A stretch of DNA of 64,000 nt, from the NCBI GenBank assembly GCA_038087875.1, contig CM075988.1, positions 27,158,001 through 27,222,000 of the forward strand, read 5' to 3'. This stretch comes from Malacoraja senta (lineage: Eukaryota). Under the pieces are notes generated by a model, which was given only the letters and a program-made list of their open reading frames with translations, was not told the DNA's origin and searched no databases. The stretch's first letter is position 1. Every line of letters starts with the position of its first letter. Made by a program: the position numbers and the translations under genes. Below are positions 38,665 to 51,371 of this stretch, in pieces.

Positions 38665-41600
38665 TAACATTTGTGCCAACATGCGCACTGACTTTGGTTG
38701 CTCCCTGTCCTCTTTGAGGATGTAATGTAGCCGCTCCAAGGCATCCTGGAGGCAACACACCACCCCGGAGTCACGATTGTTGCTACATGAGCTTGCTTAC
38801 TGATGAGTCTCCTAACACTACAGCTCTGCCTGTTCCTTCCCTGCTGTGCCTCAGACCCAGTTACACAGTCCTGACTGTGACTGTTGCTCACCTCAGAAGG
38901 GTCAGACCACGGGGAATGGCCACAGGGATCACCCACACCCGCTGCCTATTCCATTTCTTTTGGTCACCCATTTACTCTCTTCCTGCACCTTAGGCGTGAC
39001 CACTTTGCTATAACTCCTATCGGGTGGTTTTAAACTGAATAAGGGGGGTGGGGTGTCATATGGGATAGTTGAGGATGGAATTAAAGGGAAAGAGAGTAAA
39101 GGGATGGTTAATGACCTCAGAATTAACGAGAAAGGAAGCTCACAAAGGGATAGGAGAGTATGGCCAAGTATAATAGGGATCGATGTGAAAGGTGAGATGC
39201 GTAAGGAATTAAAAGTATTGTATATGAATGCGCGAAGTATAAGAAGTAAAGTAGATGAGCTTGAGGCTCAGTTAGAGGTTGGTAGATATGACATTGTGGG
39301 GATTACTGAGACGTGGCTGCAGGAGGATCGGGCCTGGGAACTTGATATTCAGGGTTATACATCCTATAGAAAGGACAGGCAGGTGGGCAGAGGATGGGGG
39401 GTAGCTCTGCTGGTGAGGGATGGAATTCAGTCCCTTGTGAGGGAAGACATAGGGACTGACGAGGTAGAGTCACTGTGGATTGAGTTGAGGAATTGTAAAG
39501 GCAAGAAGACACTAATTGGTGTTATCTACAGACCCCCAAATAGTAGCCGGATGTAGGGTGTAAGTTGCAGCAGGAGTTAAAACCGGCATGTAACAAAGGT
39601 AATGCCACTGTGGTGATGGGGGATTTCAATATGCAGGTAGACTGGGAAAATCAGGTTGGTTCAGGACCCCAAGAAAGAGAGTTTGTAGAATGCCTCCGGG
39701 ATGGATTCTTAGAGCAGCTTGTAATGGAGCCGACCAGAGAAAAGGCAATTCTGGATTTAGTGTTGTCCAATGAACCAGATATGATAAGAGAACTCGAGGT
39801 AAAGGAACCGCTTGGAGGTAGTGATCATAATATGATTAGTTTTAGATCATAATATGATTAGTTTTAACCTGCAAATTGAGAAGGAGAATGTTAAATTGGA
39901 AGTGGCAGTGATGCAGTTGAACAAAGCGGACCATGAAGGCATGAGAGGGGAGCTGACCAAAGTAGACTGGAAAGGGATCCTAGCAGGAATGACGGTGGAA
40001 CAGCAATGGCAGGATTTTCTGGGCATAATCCGGAAGACGCAGGATCATTTCATTCCTAAAAGGAAGAAAGATTCCAAGGGGAGTAGGAGGCAACCGTGGC
40101 TGACAAGAGAAGTTAGGGATAGAATAAAACTAAAAGAAAAGATGTATAACACAGCAAAGAGTAGCCGGAAGCCAGAGGATTGGGAAACTTTCATAGGACA
40201 ACAGAAGGAAACAAAACGGGCAATACGGGCTGAAAAGATGAAGTACGAGGGGAAGCTGGCCAGGAATATAAAGGACAGTAAAAGCTTCTTTAGATATGTT
40301 AAGGGAAAAAGATTAGGAAAGTCAAATGTGGGTCCCTTGAAGGCAGACATGGGTGAAATTATTATGGGCAGCAAGGAAATGGCAGAAGAGTTGAATAGGT
40401 ACTTCGGATCTGTCTTCACTAAGGAAGACACAAACAATCTCCCAGATGTACTGGAGGACAGAGGATCTAAGGGGGTAGAGGAACTGAAATAAATTTTCAT
40501 TAGGCGAGAAATAGTATTGGGTAGGCTAATGGGACTGAAGGATGATAAATCCCCTGGGCCTGATGGTCTGCATCCCAGGGTCCTCAGGGAGGTGGCTCTA
40601 GAAATAGTGGATGCATTGGTGATCATTTTCCAATGTTCAATAGATTCAGGATCAGTTCCTGTGGATTGGAGGATAGCTAATGTTATCCCACTTTTCAAGA
40701 AAGGAGCGAGAGAGAAAACGTGGAATTACAGACCAGTTAGCCTGACTTCGGTGGTGGGAAAGATGCTGGAGTCAATTATTAAAGAGGTAATAATGGGGCA
40801 TTTGGATGGCGGTAAAAGGATTAGTCCAAGTCAACATGGATTTATGAAAGGGAAATCATGCTCGACTAATCTTCTGGAATTTTTTGAGGATGTGACAAGT
40901 AAAATGGATGAAGGGGTGCCAGTGGATGTAGTGTATCTAGACTTTCAGAAAGCCTTTGATGAGGTCCCGCACAGGAGACTGGTGACTAAAATTAGAGCAC
41001 ATGGTATTGGGGGTAGGGTGTTGACATGGATAGAAAATTGGTTGGCAGACCGGAAGCAAAGAGTAGGAGTGAATGGGTCCTTTTCAGAATGGCAGGCAGT
41101 GGTGAGTGGAGTGCCGCAACGCTCGGTGTTGGGGCCGCAACTGTTTACCATATATATTAATGATTTGGAAGAGGGAATTAGGAGCAACACTAGCAAGTTT
41201 GTGGATGACACAAAGCTGGGTGGCAGTGTGAACTGTGAAGAAGATGTTAGCAGGTTGCAGGGTGACCTGGACAGGTTGAGTGAGTGGGCAGATGTATGGC
41301 AGATGCAGTATAATATAGATAAATGTGAGGTTATCCACTTTGGCAGCAAAAACAAGGGGGAAGATTATTATCTCAATGGGGTTAGGTTAGGTAAGGGGGA
41401 GGTACAGTGAGACCTGGGTGTCCTTGTACACCGGTCACTGAAAGTTGGCGTGCAGGTACAGCAGGCAGTGAAGAAAGCTAATGGAATGTTGGCCTTCATA
41501 ACAAGAGGATTTCAGTATAGGAGTAAAGAGATTATTCTGCAATTGTATAGGGCTCTGGTGAGACCACATCTGGAGTATTGTGTACAGTTTTGGTCTCCTA

Positions 41601-42600
41601 ATTTGAGAAAGGACATCCTTGTGATTGAGGCAGTGCAGCTTAGGTTCATGAGATTGATCCCTGGGATGGCGGGACTGTCATATGAGGAAAGATTAAAAAG
41701 AATAGGCTTGTATTCACTGGAGTTTAGAAGGATGAGGGGGAATCTTATAGAAACATATACAATTATAAAAGGACTGGACAAGCTAGATGCAGGAAAAATG
41801 TTCCCAATGTTGGCGAGTCCAGAACCAGGGGCCACAGTCTTATAATAAAGGGGAGGTCATTTAAGACTGAGGTGAGAAAAAACTTTTTCACCCAGAGAGT
41901 TGTGATTTTATGGAATTCCCTGCCACAGAGGGCAGTGGAGGCCAAATCACTGGATGGGTTTAAGAGAGTTAGATAGATCTCTAGGGGCTAGTGTAGTCAA
42001 GGGATATGGGGAGGGCAGGCACGGGTTATTGATAGGGGACGATCAGCCATGATCACAATGAATGGCGGTGCTGGCTCGAAGTGCCGAATGGCCTCCTCCT
42101 GCACCTATTTTCTATGTTTCTATGAAGCTCTCTTTCTCCCGGATTATCCCCAGGTCATCCAGCTGCTGTAGGAAGGAACTGCAGATGTTGGTTTACATTG
42201 AAGATAGACACAAAATGCTGGAGTAACTCAGCAGGATAGGCAGCATCTCTGGACAGAAGGAATGGTGACGATTCAGGTCGAGACCTGAAACATCACTCAT
42301 TCCTTCTATCCCGCATCGTCATCCAACTACTGCTCCAGTTCCTCAAAGTGTAGTCATCCAGGATAGCAGTAGTTTCTCTGACTTCCCACATCTTGCAGGA
42401 AGAACATTACAGCATTCTACATGCCACAACTACTGCACCCAAACCGAGGAAATAAAAGGCACAACAATCACACAGATTGCACCTTCGTCTCCTGCTCCCC
42501 TCTGCTCTGCATTTATTCAGCCTTCTCGCTGAAAACTAGAGCCGAAGCCTCACACTTCCCCTCGCCTCAACCCCTCGCCTCAACCCCTCGCCTCATGCAC
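38665..42600 (-). mobile_element. Old CR1 5' region (5' UTR and ORF1 zinc-finger/esterase) split by a younger CR1
   Basis: Reverse strand of 38665-38830 gives RAVVLGDS...VVCCL...HVGTN (SGNH esterase-like). Reverse strand of about 42310-42410 gives CSSCKMWEVRE...ELEQ (ORF1 N-terminus). Confidence 0.6.
39020..42124 (+). mobile_element. CR1 LINE with nearly complete but disrupted ORF2 (APE endonuclease and RT)
   Basis: ORFs 39053-39556 (LYMNARSI, GITETWL, YRPP), 39565-39852 (GDFN, SDHN), 40517-41410 (YLDFQKAFD, KFVDD) and 41450-41845; CR1 tail; several stops and frameshifts. Confidence 0.93.
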
Positions 42601-43635
42601 TCCCATCCCCTCCCCAACACATGTCCCCCTATAGGCCACTCAGCTACAACTTGCCTCCATTTTATTGGCTGCTGAATTAACCAATTTTGATCATTCAACC
42701 AATCCAACTGGACAATGTAACGATGTAATGTTTGGCTACAGTATGGCCCACGTGGCCCAGGTTGGTGGTGGTCCACACACACCTACCCTCACCTGGCTTC
42801 TTCCACTTCATTGACAGATCACGGCTACTTGTAAACTTAAAGCAACACAGGTAAAGAACTCCATATCACTTGCACAAGAAACAGACGCAGATGAAATAAG
42901 ATATTTTATTCTTGCCTGAAGTGTCTTTTACTCATTCATTTAAACAGACTCTTCCCATTAGTGAGTGCCCAGTCCATGTAGAACAACACCACTTCTTTCC
43001 AACAACTACACACATAGCAGCTGTTAGGACCTGAGGTCCTCTCCTTCAATGCAATTAAAGAGGCAGGACCCAGTAAAAACTGCCTCCAGCTCTACTGATG
43101 CACCTCAACTTGACATCTTCTGCATGGTAAGAGGGGCACAAGTGTTGTATTTGCTCGAATAAGATAGATGAAAGTAAAAATCACTCTTAGTCACACAGCT
43201 TGGAGCCGTGATGCCTCTTAGCTGCCTGTGGGGCTTGCTTGCCACTTTCTGGTTCAGAGATATGAAGGCATAGAAAATCCTGAGCTGGAACTGTTTGAAG
43301 CGATGACACTTTGTTGCTGGTGCTGACATATCACTTCTTATTCAAATGTCAGACAGGAATAAGATAATCAATGCAAACGTTAGTGTCTCACTAATGTGCA
43401 TCCAATGGCTGCAGGCAAAGAGAAGCAAAATGATTGGTGATGAGGTGCAGTGACAGTGAGAAGGTTTGCTGGTGGTCATGTTGGAGGGGATACCAGAGTA
43501 CAAAAGCATCAACTCACTCTGGGAAACTGCTTTCATTACACCGAACCTCACAAAATAAATTTAAATGGATTTTCTTGTGCTCATCCTGTCCACAGTCAGG
43601 CAGGCGGGCGGGCGGGCAGGCGGGCAGGCAGGGGC

Positions 43636-43951
43636 GCACGCACACACACACACACACGCGCACGAACGCGCACACACACACACAAACACAGGCATGCAGG
43701 CGCACACGCACGCGCACACACACACACTCGTGCAGACGCACGCACACACATGCATGTACACGCGCATGAAAGCACACGCATGCTCACACACACACACGTA
43801 CACACACACGTACACGCACAAGCGCACGCACACACACTTGCACACACATGCACACGCACACACGAACACACCCGCGCACACATACACGCTTGCACACATG
43901 CACGCGCACACACACAAACACATACGCGCACCCGCGCACGTACACACACAT

Positions 43952-43989
<38 letters not shown>

Positions 43990-44209
43990 GGACACACTCA
44001 CGTATGCATGCACGCATGCATGCGGACACGTGCACACATGTGCGCACACACACATGCATGCACGCACATGTACACATACACATACATGCATGTGCGCACA
44101 CACCGCACACACACACGCACATGCACACACACACGCACACTCACACACACAGACATGTGCACACGCACATCTACACGCGCACAAACACATGCGCACACAC
44201 ACGCACACA
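43636..44209. repeat. Compound (CA/CG/TG) purine-pyrimidine microsatellite, about 570 bp
   Basis: Read directly; source of the spurious H/T/A and C/V-rich ORFs. Confidence 0.95.
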
Positions 44210-44394
44210 TCTCCCCTTCACTATAACTGGCTGGATATGTGGGGAGGTTTCACATTCTGACATTTAAAATTGCTTTTGTGGTTGGATGACATTACCAGCC
44301 CTCTGGTGACATATACACTCACCAGCAGCTACAGATGTCCCTGCACCCTGTTCATCAAAAGCTAATAATGAAAAACATAAATTTGTAGATTTTA

Positions 44395-44705
44395 GTTTAG
44401 TTTAAAATACATGATGGAAACAAACCCTTCTACACACCAAGTCCACATCGAGCATTGAGGAGCTTAGTTTATTGGCACCTGTACTGAGATACACAAGTTC
44501 TATGCTATCCCGTTTACTCATCCACAGATGCCAATTAACCAACAAACTGCACATCTTTGAGATGTGGGAAGAATCCTGAGCACCCAGAAGAAACCATTGG
44601 GGTCGCAGGGATAATGTGCAAATCCACATAGACAGCACCCAGGTCAGGATCGAACCAGGATCGAACCTGTGAGGCAGCAGTACTACCAGCTGCGTAACGT
44701 GCCTC
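44395..44705 (-). mobile_element. V-SINE (HE1-like)
   Basis: (tttag)n tail, aattaaccaacaaactgcacatctttg, gacagcacccaggtcaggatcgaacc. Confidence 0.7.
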
Positions 44706-45000
44706 ATAATCTACTATAATGGAACACAACACACCACCTCTTGAACTACCATGGCCATATTTCATGAATGTCTTTTGGCAGTCTTTTTCTTTTCAGTCCT
44801 GTATAATTAATGTTGCATGTGTCTTCCAAGTCTATGTGCCCGTGATGCTGTTGCAAGTTTCAAGCAAGATTTTCTCTACCTCTACCGCACTATGCATATG
44901 CAATAATCTCGACAACTTAAAATTTATATTCTACAATCATCTCAAGATTAATATTTCAGAAAAAACAGATTGCAGCCATTAAATCTATCTTAAAACATCT

Positions 45001-45303
45001 TTAGTTTAGTTTAGAGATCCACCGCGGAAACAGGCCCTTTGGCCTCCCAATGACCAACAATCCCCGTACTCTAACACTATACTACACACACTCGGGACAA
45101 GTTACAATTTTACCAAGCCAATTAACCCACAAACCCATAAGTCTTTGGAGTGTGGGGAGGGAAACCGGAGATCCCGGAGAAAACCCACGCAGGTGATGGG
45201 GAGAACGTACAAACTCCGTACAGACAGCACCCGTAGTCAGGATCGGACCTGGATCTCTGGTGCTGTGAGGTAACAACTCTACCGCTGTTCCACTGTGCTG
45301 CCA
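45001..45303 (-). mobile_element. V-SINE (HE1-like), near full length
   Basis: tRNA-like head (gcacagtggaacagcggtagagttg), V-domain ctccggtttccctcccca, (ctaaa)n tail. Confidence 0.85.
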
Positions 45304-45336
45304 AGAGTTTCTCATACAATGTGGTATACTCTGTAA

Positions 45337-45626
45337 TCATGGATCATGGATCATGGAAACTTTATTGTCAATCAGACCTTTCGGTCTGAACAAAATGTCG
45401 TTGCCTGCAGTCATACATATAATAAAATAACAAAACACACAATAAACACAAATTAACATCCACCACAGTGAGTTCACCAGACACCTCCTCACTGTGATAG
45501 AAGGCAAAAATCTTAAGTCTTTGTCTCTTCCCTCCTTGTTCTTCCTCTGCGCAAAGGCGATCCAGGCCTCCGATATTGTGACCCCCACCGGGTGATGGTA
45601 AGTAAGTCCCGCGGCCCAACCGTGCT
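45337..45626 (-). mobile_element. GC-rich non-coding retroelement, 3' part (family copy B)
   Basis: Reverse complement gccttctatcacagtgagga...cactgtggtggatgtt...atgactg...cagaccgaaaggtctg...gacaataaag(ccatgat)n. Confidence 0.6.
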
Positions 45627-45636
45627 CAGGGAATAT

Positions 45637-46065
45637 GTTTTATTTTTTTATTTATTAGAAGTAAGTACATTACATTTTGATGGTACCTTTTTACATGTTC
45701 CTAGAATTATTAAAACATTTTATGTACAACTTCCTTTTTATTTTATTTTTTTAGAAAGAAAGAAATGAGAAAGAAAGAAGTAGTGAAGAGTAAAGAAAAG
45801 TCTAGTGAGTGTGAGGTAAAGAAAAGAAATAAGTAAGAAAGTGAAGCAGAAAGGAGATTCTCCCTCGCCACAAGTCCATGCTTTTTTATGTTCTTAATCA
45901 TTTTTCGCCCAAACCCAAATTTTTTTAATTTTACAATACTATTGCACCACATGAATCCACAAGGTCAATAAATGGAGACCAACTCGTTAAGAATTGGTCT
46001 TGTTTATCTATTAGGAGGAGTCTCATTTCTTCCAAGTGGGCAGTTTCCTACATATTACCAATCCA
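45637..46065 (-). mobile_element. L1-clade LINE 3' fragment
   Basis: Reverse strand gives WIGNM*ETAHLEEMRL...SWSPFIDL; A-rich tail. cagggaatat duplicated at 45627-45636 and 46066-46075. Confidence 0.8.
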
Positions 46066-46144
46066 CAGGGAATATTTTAACTACATGGTAACAGTTTTAA
46101 TTTTAAATCATAAAAATTCATCACCGCTCTTTACTGGGCATGCA

Positions 46145-46743
46145 TACAATAGACAATAGACAATAGGTGCAGGAGTAGGCCATTTGGCCCTTCGAACCAG
46201 CACCGTCATTCAATGTGATCATGGCTGATCATCCCCAATCAGTACCCCGTTCCTGCCTTCTCCCCATATCCCCTGACTCCACTAATGTTAAGAGCCCTAT
46301 CTAGCTCTCTCTTGAAAGCATCCAGAGAACCTGCCTCCACCACCCTCTGAGGCAGAGAATTCCACAGAATCACAACTCTCTGTGAGAAAAATTGTTTCCT
46401 CGTCTCTGTTCTAAATGGCTTACTCCTTATTCTTAAACTGTGGCCCCTGGTTCTGGACTCCCCCAACATCGGGAACATGTTTCCTGCCTCTAACGTGTCC
46501 AAGCCCTTAACAATCTTATAAGTTTCAATGAGATATCCTCTCATCCTTCTAAACTCCAGAGTGTACAAGCCCAGCTGCTCCATCTCTCAGCATATGACAG
46601 TCCCGCCATCCCGGGAATTAACCTTGTAAACCTACGCTGCACTCCCTCAATAGCAAGAATGTCCTTCCTCAAATTAGGGGACCAAAACTGCACACAATAC
46701 TCCAGGTGTGGTCTCACTAGGGCCCTGTACAACTGCAGAAGGA
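46145..46743 (-). mobile_element. CR1 LINE 3' fragment
   Basis: ORFs 46239-46583(-) and 46541-46777(-); CR1 3' end. Confidence 0.9.
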
Positions 46744-46911
46744 CATGCATAAATACAAATCCAGATACCAATGGCATTAAAACTCGACCTTCAGATAACC
46801 ATGAGAAACAATAATTCTTAAGAATATGCTCTTAAGAAGCTCATTGATATTCTACTTTAAACAGGTTAAAGTATTGATAAAACAATGGACATCATTTTCA
46901 TACTTTGTATT

Positions 46912-47448
46912 ACCTTGCCCGAGATGAGATTGTTTTCCGGATCGTATCTCCGGTGCTCTGCGGCCTAACATCGCGGAGCTGGAGGCTTTGCTTGGGACTG
47001 ACTTTGAGCCCCACCGCGGGGACGTGGATTTACCATCTGAGCCGATTCCTTGCCCTGCGGACTTTGACATCAAGGAGCTCGCAGTCTCAGGTTGAGACTG
47101 ACGTCGGGAAGCCCCGACCCGGGGTAGGTCGCCTGGCGCGGGGGAGCTGATATCCCCCCCCCCCCCCACAATGCTGGAGCTTGATTGCCCCAATGAGGAG
47201 GCCCGCCACCGGCTATGGGAGCCAAGATCATCCCGTCAATGGAAGTTTAGAGGCCCCCAACCACTGGAGGACAAAGAAGGGAGAGATTTAACTTAAGTCA
47301 CAGTGAGGAATGTGGAGGAGTCACTGTGGTGGATGTTTCTGTTAAAATGTATTTTGTGTGTCCTGCTGCTTTTTATTGGCATGACTGTATGGCAAATCAA
47401 ATTCCTCATATGTTGCAAAAAGTACTTGGGTAATAAAGTATGATTATT
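46912..47448 (+). mobile_element. GC-rich non-coding retroelement (family copy C)
   Basis: aacatcgcggagctg body motif; tcacagtgagga...cactgtggtggatgtt...atgactgtatggc...aataaagtatgattatt. Confidence 0.6.
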
Positions 47449-48329
47449 AGGAGCGTTTGCTAAAGTCAACTAAACATTTTTCAAATTGACTTTTTGCTTT
47501 AGTATTACGTGGAAAATGTGATTTTCATTGAAAATCAGTTCTTCCTTTTTACTGGCTTCAAGGTACAAGATGTTGCATAGAGTTTGATGAACTGTTAAAT
47601 TGTTTCTTCCCCCTCTCTTCCTGGGCACTCATGTGCTTTACCGATTTCCCCAGACAGTTGATATGTTCCCTGACCTTCATCTTATTACTCTGGGAGTTTG
47701 TCCTTTGAGTCTTGAGAAACATGTTTCACTTTTGCTGACTACCAACACACCTGATACAACAGCTGGGGTTCACCAAGTTCCCCCATTAGGGAAAGTTAAT
47801 AACAACCCTTGTACATTCTTCGCAATAGTTTCAAATCAGTCTTTGTAAGATTTGCTTTTAGAAATTAAGCCGAGATTTCCCAAACCTCTTCCAAAGATAA
47901 CCATGATGAGATTAATAGATGGATCCATAGATGTGCAAGTTAACTCCGTCGTCCCTTGGTTTTACCTGTACATCATACTAAATAAGTTTAATATTACAGG
48001 TGTCCTTTCCCTGTCATCAGCTTCAAATGAGCTAGTCAAGAGTGCTTAATTATGTTATGTACCGGCAGCAGAACAATTACATTATTTCGTGCTACAGCTC
48101 TTAAAGCTGATTAAATAAATCTCTAATCAGTAATACCAGGTAACCAGACAATAATAGTACAAATCTAACGTCCATAGTGCCACAAAGTCCACGGTAAATC
48201 ATAATGGTTATGGTTGTATAGTGTTCAAGAGCTTGATGGTTACTGGGAAGAAGCTGATCGTGAACCTGGAGCTCATGGTTTCCCACATTACAAATGCTTG
48301 AGCATTTCCAAGGCATCTTATGGGTGGAA

Positions 48330-48554
48330 AAGGGCACAGAGGTGAGAAGGGAAAGATTTAATGGGAACCTGAGAGGCAACTTTTTCACTCAGAGAGTGGT
48401 GGGTATATGGAACAAACTGCCAGAGGAGGAAGTTGAGGCAGGTAAAATAAAAGCATTTAATATAAACTTGGACATGTACATGGATAAGAAAGGTTTTGTG
48501 GGCTATGGCCCAAACATGGGCAAATGGGACGAGCTTAGATAGGACAACTTGGTC
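48330..48554 (+). mobile_element. CR1 3' fragment, truncated at the Helitron junction
   Basis: ORF 48294-48542 NLRGNFFTQRVVGIWNKLP. Confidence 0.8.
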
Positions 48555-48945
48555 CGACTGTGTTTGGAAGGAATAAATGCTTTATTAGGTCCGACTGTGT
48601 TTAGTCCAAAAGTCCCACTCATTTCGTGACTTCCGCTTAGTGGACAGGTTGTGCTGATTGCGTAATTTCTGATGAGTGCAGAGATTGTGCTGATTGCAGA
48701 AGTGCCGCTGACTGCGGAAGCCCACAGTGGAGTGGCCGCGCTCAGCCGTGTGAGTAGATTCAAGAAAGTTTACTGTCATATATATGGTGTGTGAGTCAGT
48801 GAGTGTGTGAGTGAGTGAGTGTGTGAGTGTGTGAGTGAGTGTGTGTGAGTGAGTGAGTGAGAGTGAGAGTGAGAGTGAGAGTGTGAGTGTGAGTGTGAGT
48901 GTGAGTGTGAGTGTGAGTGTGAGTGTGAGTGTGAGTGTGAGTGTG

Positions 48946-49012
<67 letters not shown>

Positions 49013-49162
49013 TGGAGGGTGTATTTATGTGTGTGTTAGTGTGTGAGTCTGTGTGTGTGTGAGTGTGTGTGTGAAAATTGGAATTGGTGGAGGTGGAATA
49101 TTGCGTTGGGGGACCAGCCCTCCCGTGTGAAGCTGGGACCCAACGGGTCCCACTTAGTCTAG
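48555..49162 (+). mobile_element. Non-autonomous Helitron 3' portion carrying a (GAGT/GAGTGT/GT)n array
   Basis: GC hairpin gggaccc-aac-gggtccc (49135-49151), then acttagtCTAG (ends 49162) and T; internal microsatellite at 48788-49072. Confidence 0.75.
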
Positions 49163-50022
49163 TATTAATTATTTGGATGAGGGGATAGAAGGCTTTATGA
49201 CCAAGTTTGCGGATGTTACGAAAATGGGTGGAGGGGCAGGTAGTGCAGAGAAAGCAGGGACTCTGGAGAAGGACTTGGACAGGTTGGGAGAGTGGGCAGA
49301 GAAGTGGTAGATGGAATATAGTGTAGCAAAGTGTGGTCATGCATTTTGGTAGTAGGAATAAAGGCAGAGTATTTTCTAAATGGGGAGAGAATCCAGAAAT
49401 CTGAGCTGCAAAGGGACTTGGGAATGCTAGTGCAGGATTCCCAAAAAATTAATCTGCAAGTCGAATCGGTAGTAAAGAAGGCAAATGGAATGCTAGCATT
49501 GATTTCAAGAGGGCTAGAATACAAAAACAGGAATGTCATGCTGAGGCTCTATAAGGTGCTGGTCAGGCCACCTTTGGAGTATTGTGAGCAACTTTGGGCT
49601 CCATATCTGAGGAAGGATATGCTGGCTCTGGAAAGGGTCCAGAGGATGTTTACAAGAATGATCCCAGGAATGAGTGGGTGATTATATGATTAGCGTTTGA
49701 CGGCACTAGGCCTGTACTCGCTGTTTAGAAGAATGAGAGGAGGCCTCATTGAAACTTATCGAATAGTGAATGGCTTGGATAGAGTGGATGTGGAGAGGAT
49801 GTTTCCACTAGTGGGAGAGTCTAGGACCACAGGTCATAGCCTCAGAATTAAAGGACGTTCCTTTGGGAAGGAGATGAGGAGGAATTTCTTTAGTCAGAGG
49901 GTGGTGAATCTGTGGAATTCTTTGCCACAGTAGGTTGAGGAGGGATTAGTACGGGTGTCAGGTGTTATGGGGAGAAGGTGGGAGAATGGAATTAGGAGGG
50001 AGAGCTAGATCAGCCATCATTG
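49163..50022 (+). mobile_element. CR1 LINE fragment (its last ~60 bp continue at 51372-51435)
   Basis: ORFs 49331-49681 and 49697-49933; the 3' UTR is interrupted at cattgaat|ggcggtg. Confidence 0.85.
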
Positions 50023-50023
50023 A

Positions 50024-51371
50024 ATACATAGATACATAGACAATAGGTGCAAGAGTAGGCCATTCGGCCCTTCGAGCCTGCACCGCCATTCAATGTGATC
50101 ATGGCTGTCAAACCCCATAAGAACTTTGTACGTTTCTATAAGATCCCCTCTCAATCTCCTAAATTCTAGCGAGTATAAGCCAAGTCTATCCAGTCTTTCT
50201 TCATATGAAAGTCCTGACATCCCAGGAATCAGTGTGGTGAACCTTCTCTGCACTCCCTCTATGGCTATAATGTCCTTCCTCAGATTTGGAGACCAAAACT
50301 GTACGCAATACTCCAGGTGTGGTCTCACCAAGACCCTGTACAACTGCAGTAGAACCTCCCTGCTCCTATACTCAAATCCTTTTGCTATGAAAGCTAACAT
50401 ACCATTCACTTTCTTCACTGCCTGCTGCACCTGCATGCCTACTTTCAATGACTGGTGTACCATGACACCCAGGTCTCGCTGCATCTCCCCTTTTCCTAAT
50501 CGGCCACTATTTAGATAATAGTCTGCTTTCCTGTTTTTGCCACCAAAGTGGATAACCTCACATTTATCCACATTATACTGGATCTGCCAAACATTTGCCC
50601 ACTCACCCAGCCTATCTAAGTCACCTTGCAGTCTCCTAGCATCCTCCTCACAGCTAACACTGCCCCCCAGCTTAGTGTCATCCGCAAACTTGGAAATGTG
50701 GCCTTCAATTCCCTCATTCAGTTCATTAATATAAATTGTAAATAGCTGGGGTCCCGGCACTGAGCCTTGCGGTACCCCACTAGTCACTGCCTGCCATTGT
50801 GAAAAGGACCCGTTTACTCCTACTCTTTGCTTCCTGTTTGCCAGCCAGTTCTCTATCCACATCAATACTGAACCCCCAATACCGTGTGCTTTAAGTTTGT
50901 ATACTAATCTCTTATGTGGGACCTTGTCGAAAGCCTTCTGAAAGTCCAGATACAACACATCCACTGGTTCTCCCCTATCCACTCTACTAGTTACATCCTC
51001 GAAAAATTCTATAAGATTCGTCAGACATGATTTACCTTTCGTAAATCCATGCTGACTTTGTCCAATGATTTCACCACTTTCCAAATGTGCTGCTATCCCA
51101 TCTTTAATAGCTGACTCTAGCAGTTTCCCCACTACCGATGTTATACTAACTGGTCTGTAATTCCCCGTTTTCTCTCTCCCCTTTTTTAAAAAGTGGGGTT
51201 ACATTAACTACCCTCCAATCCTCAGGAACTACTCCAGAATCTAAAGAGTTTTGAAAAATTATCACTAATGCATCCACTATTTCTGGAGCTACTTCCTTAA
51301 GTACTCTGGGATGCAGCCTATCTGGCCCTGGTGATTTATCGGCCTTTAATCCATTCAATTTACCCAACACC
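50024..51371 (-). mobile_element. Young CR1 LINE fragment with open RT segment and internal 3' deletion
   Basis: ORF 50017-51132(-), 371 aa with YLDFQKAFD, GVPQGSV, KFADD; nearly identical to about 55410-56680. Confidence 0.93.

Noticed and set aside
43434..44267. Long His/Thr/Ala and Cys/Val-rich ORFs on both strands
   Set aside because: Translations of the CA-type microsatellite.
45230..45303. tRNA gene
   Set aside because: tRNA-derived SINE head continuous with a V-domain and tail; no complete cloverleaf.
48788..49072. Telomere-like array
   Set aside because: Units are GAGT/GAGTGT/GT, not TTAGGG, and lie inside a Helitron-like element.
48585..49340. 251-aa minus-strand ORF
   Set aside because: Antisense CR1 plus microsatellite (HT/LT/LS repeats).
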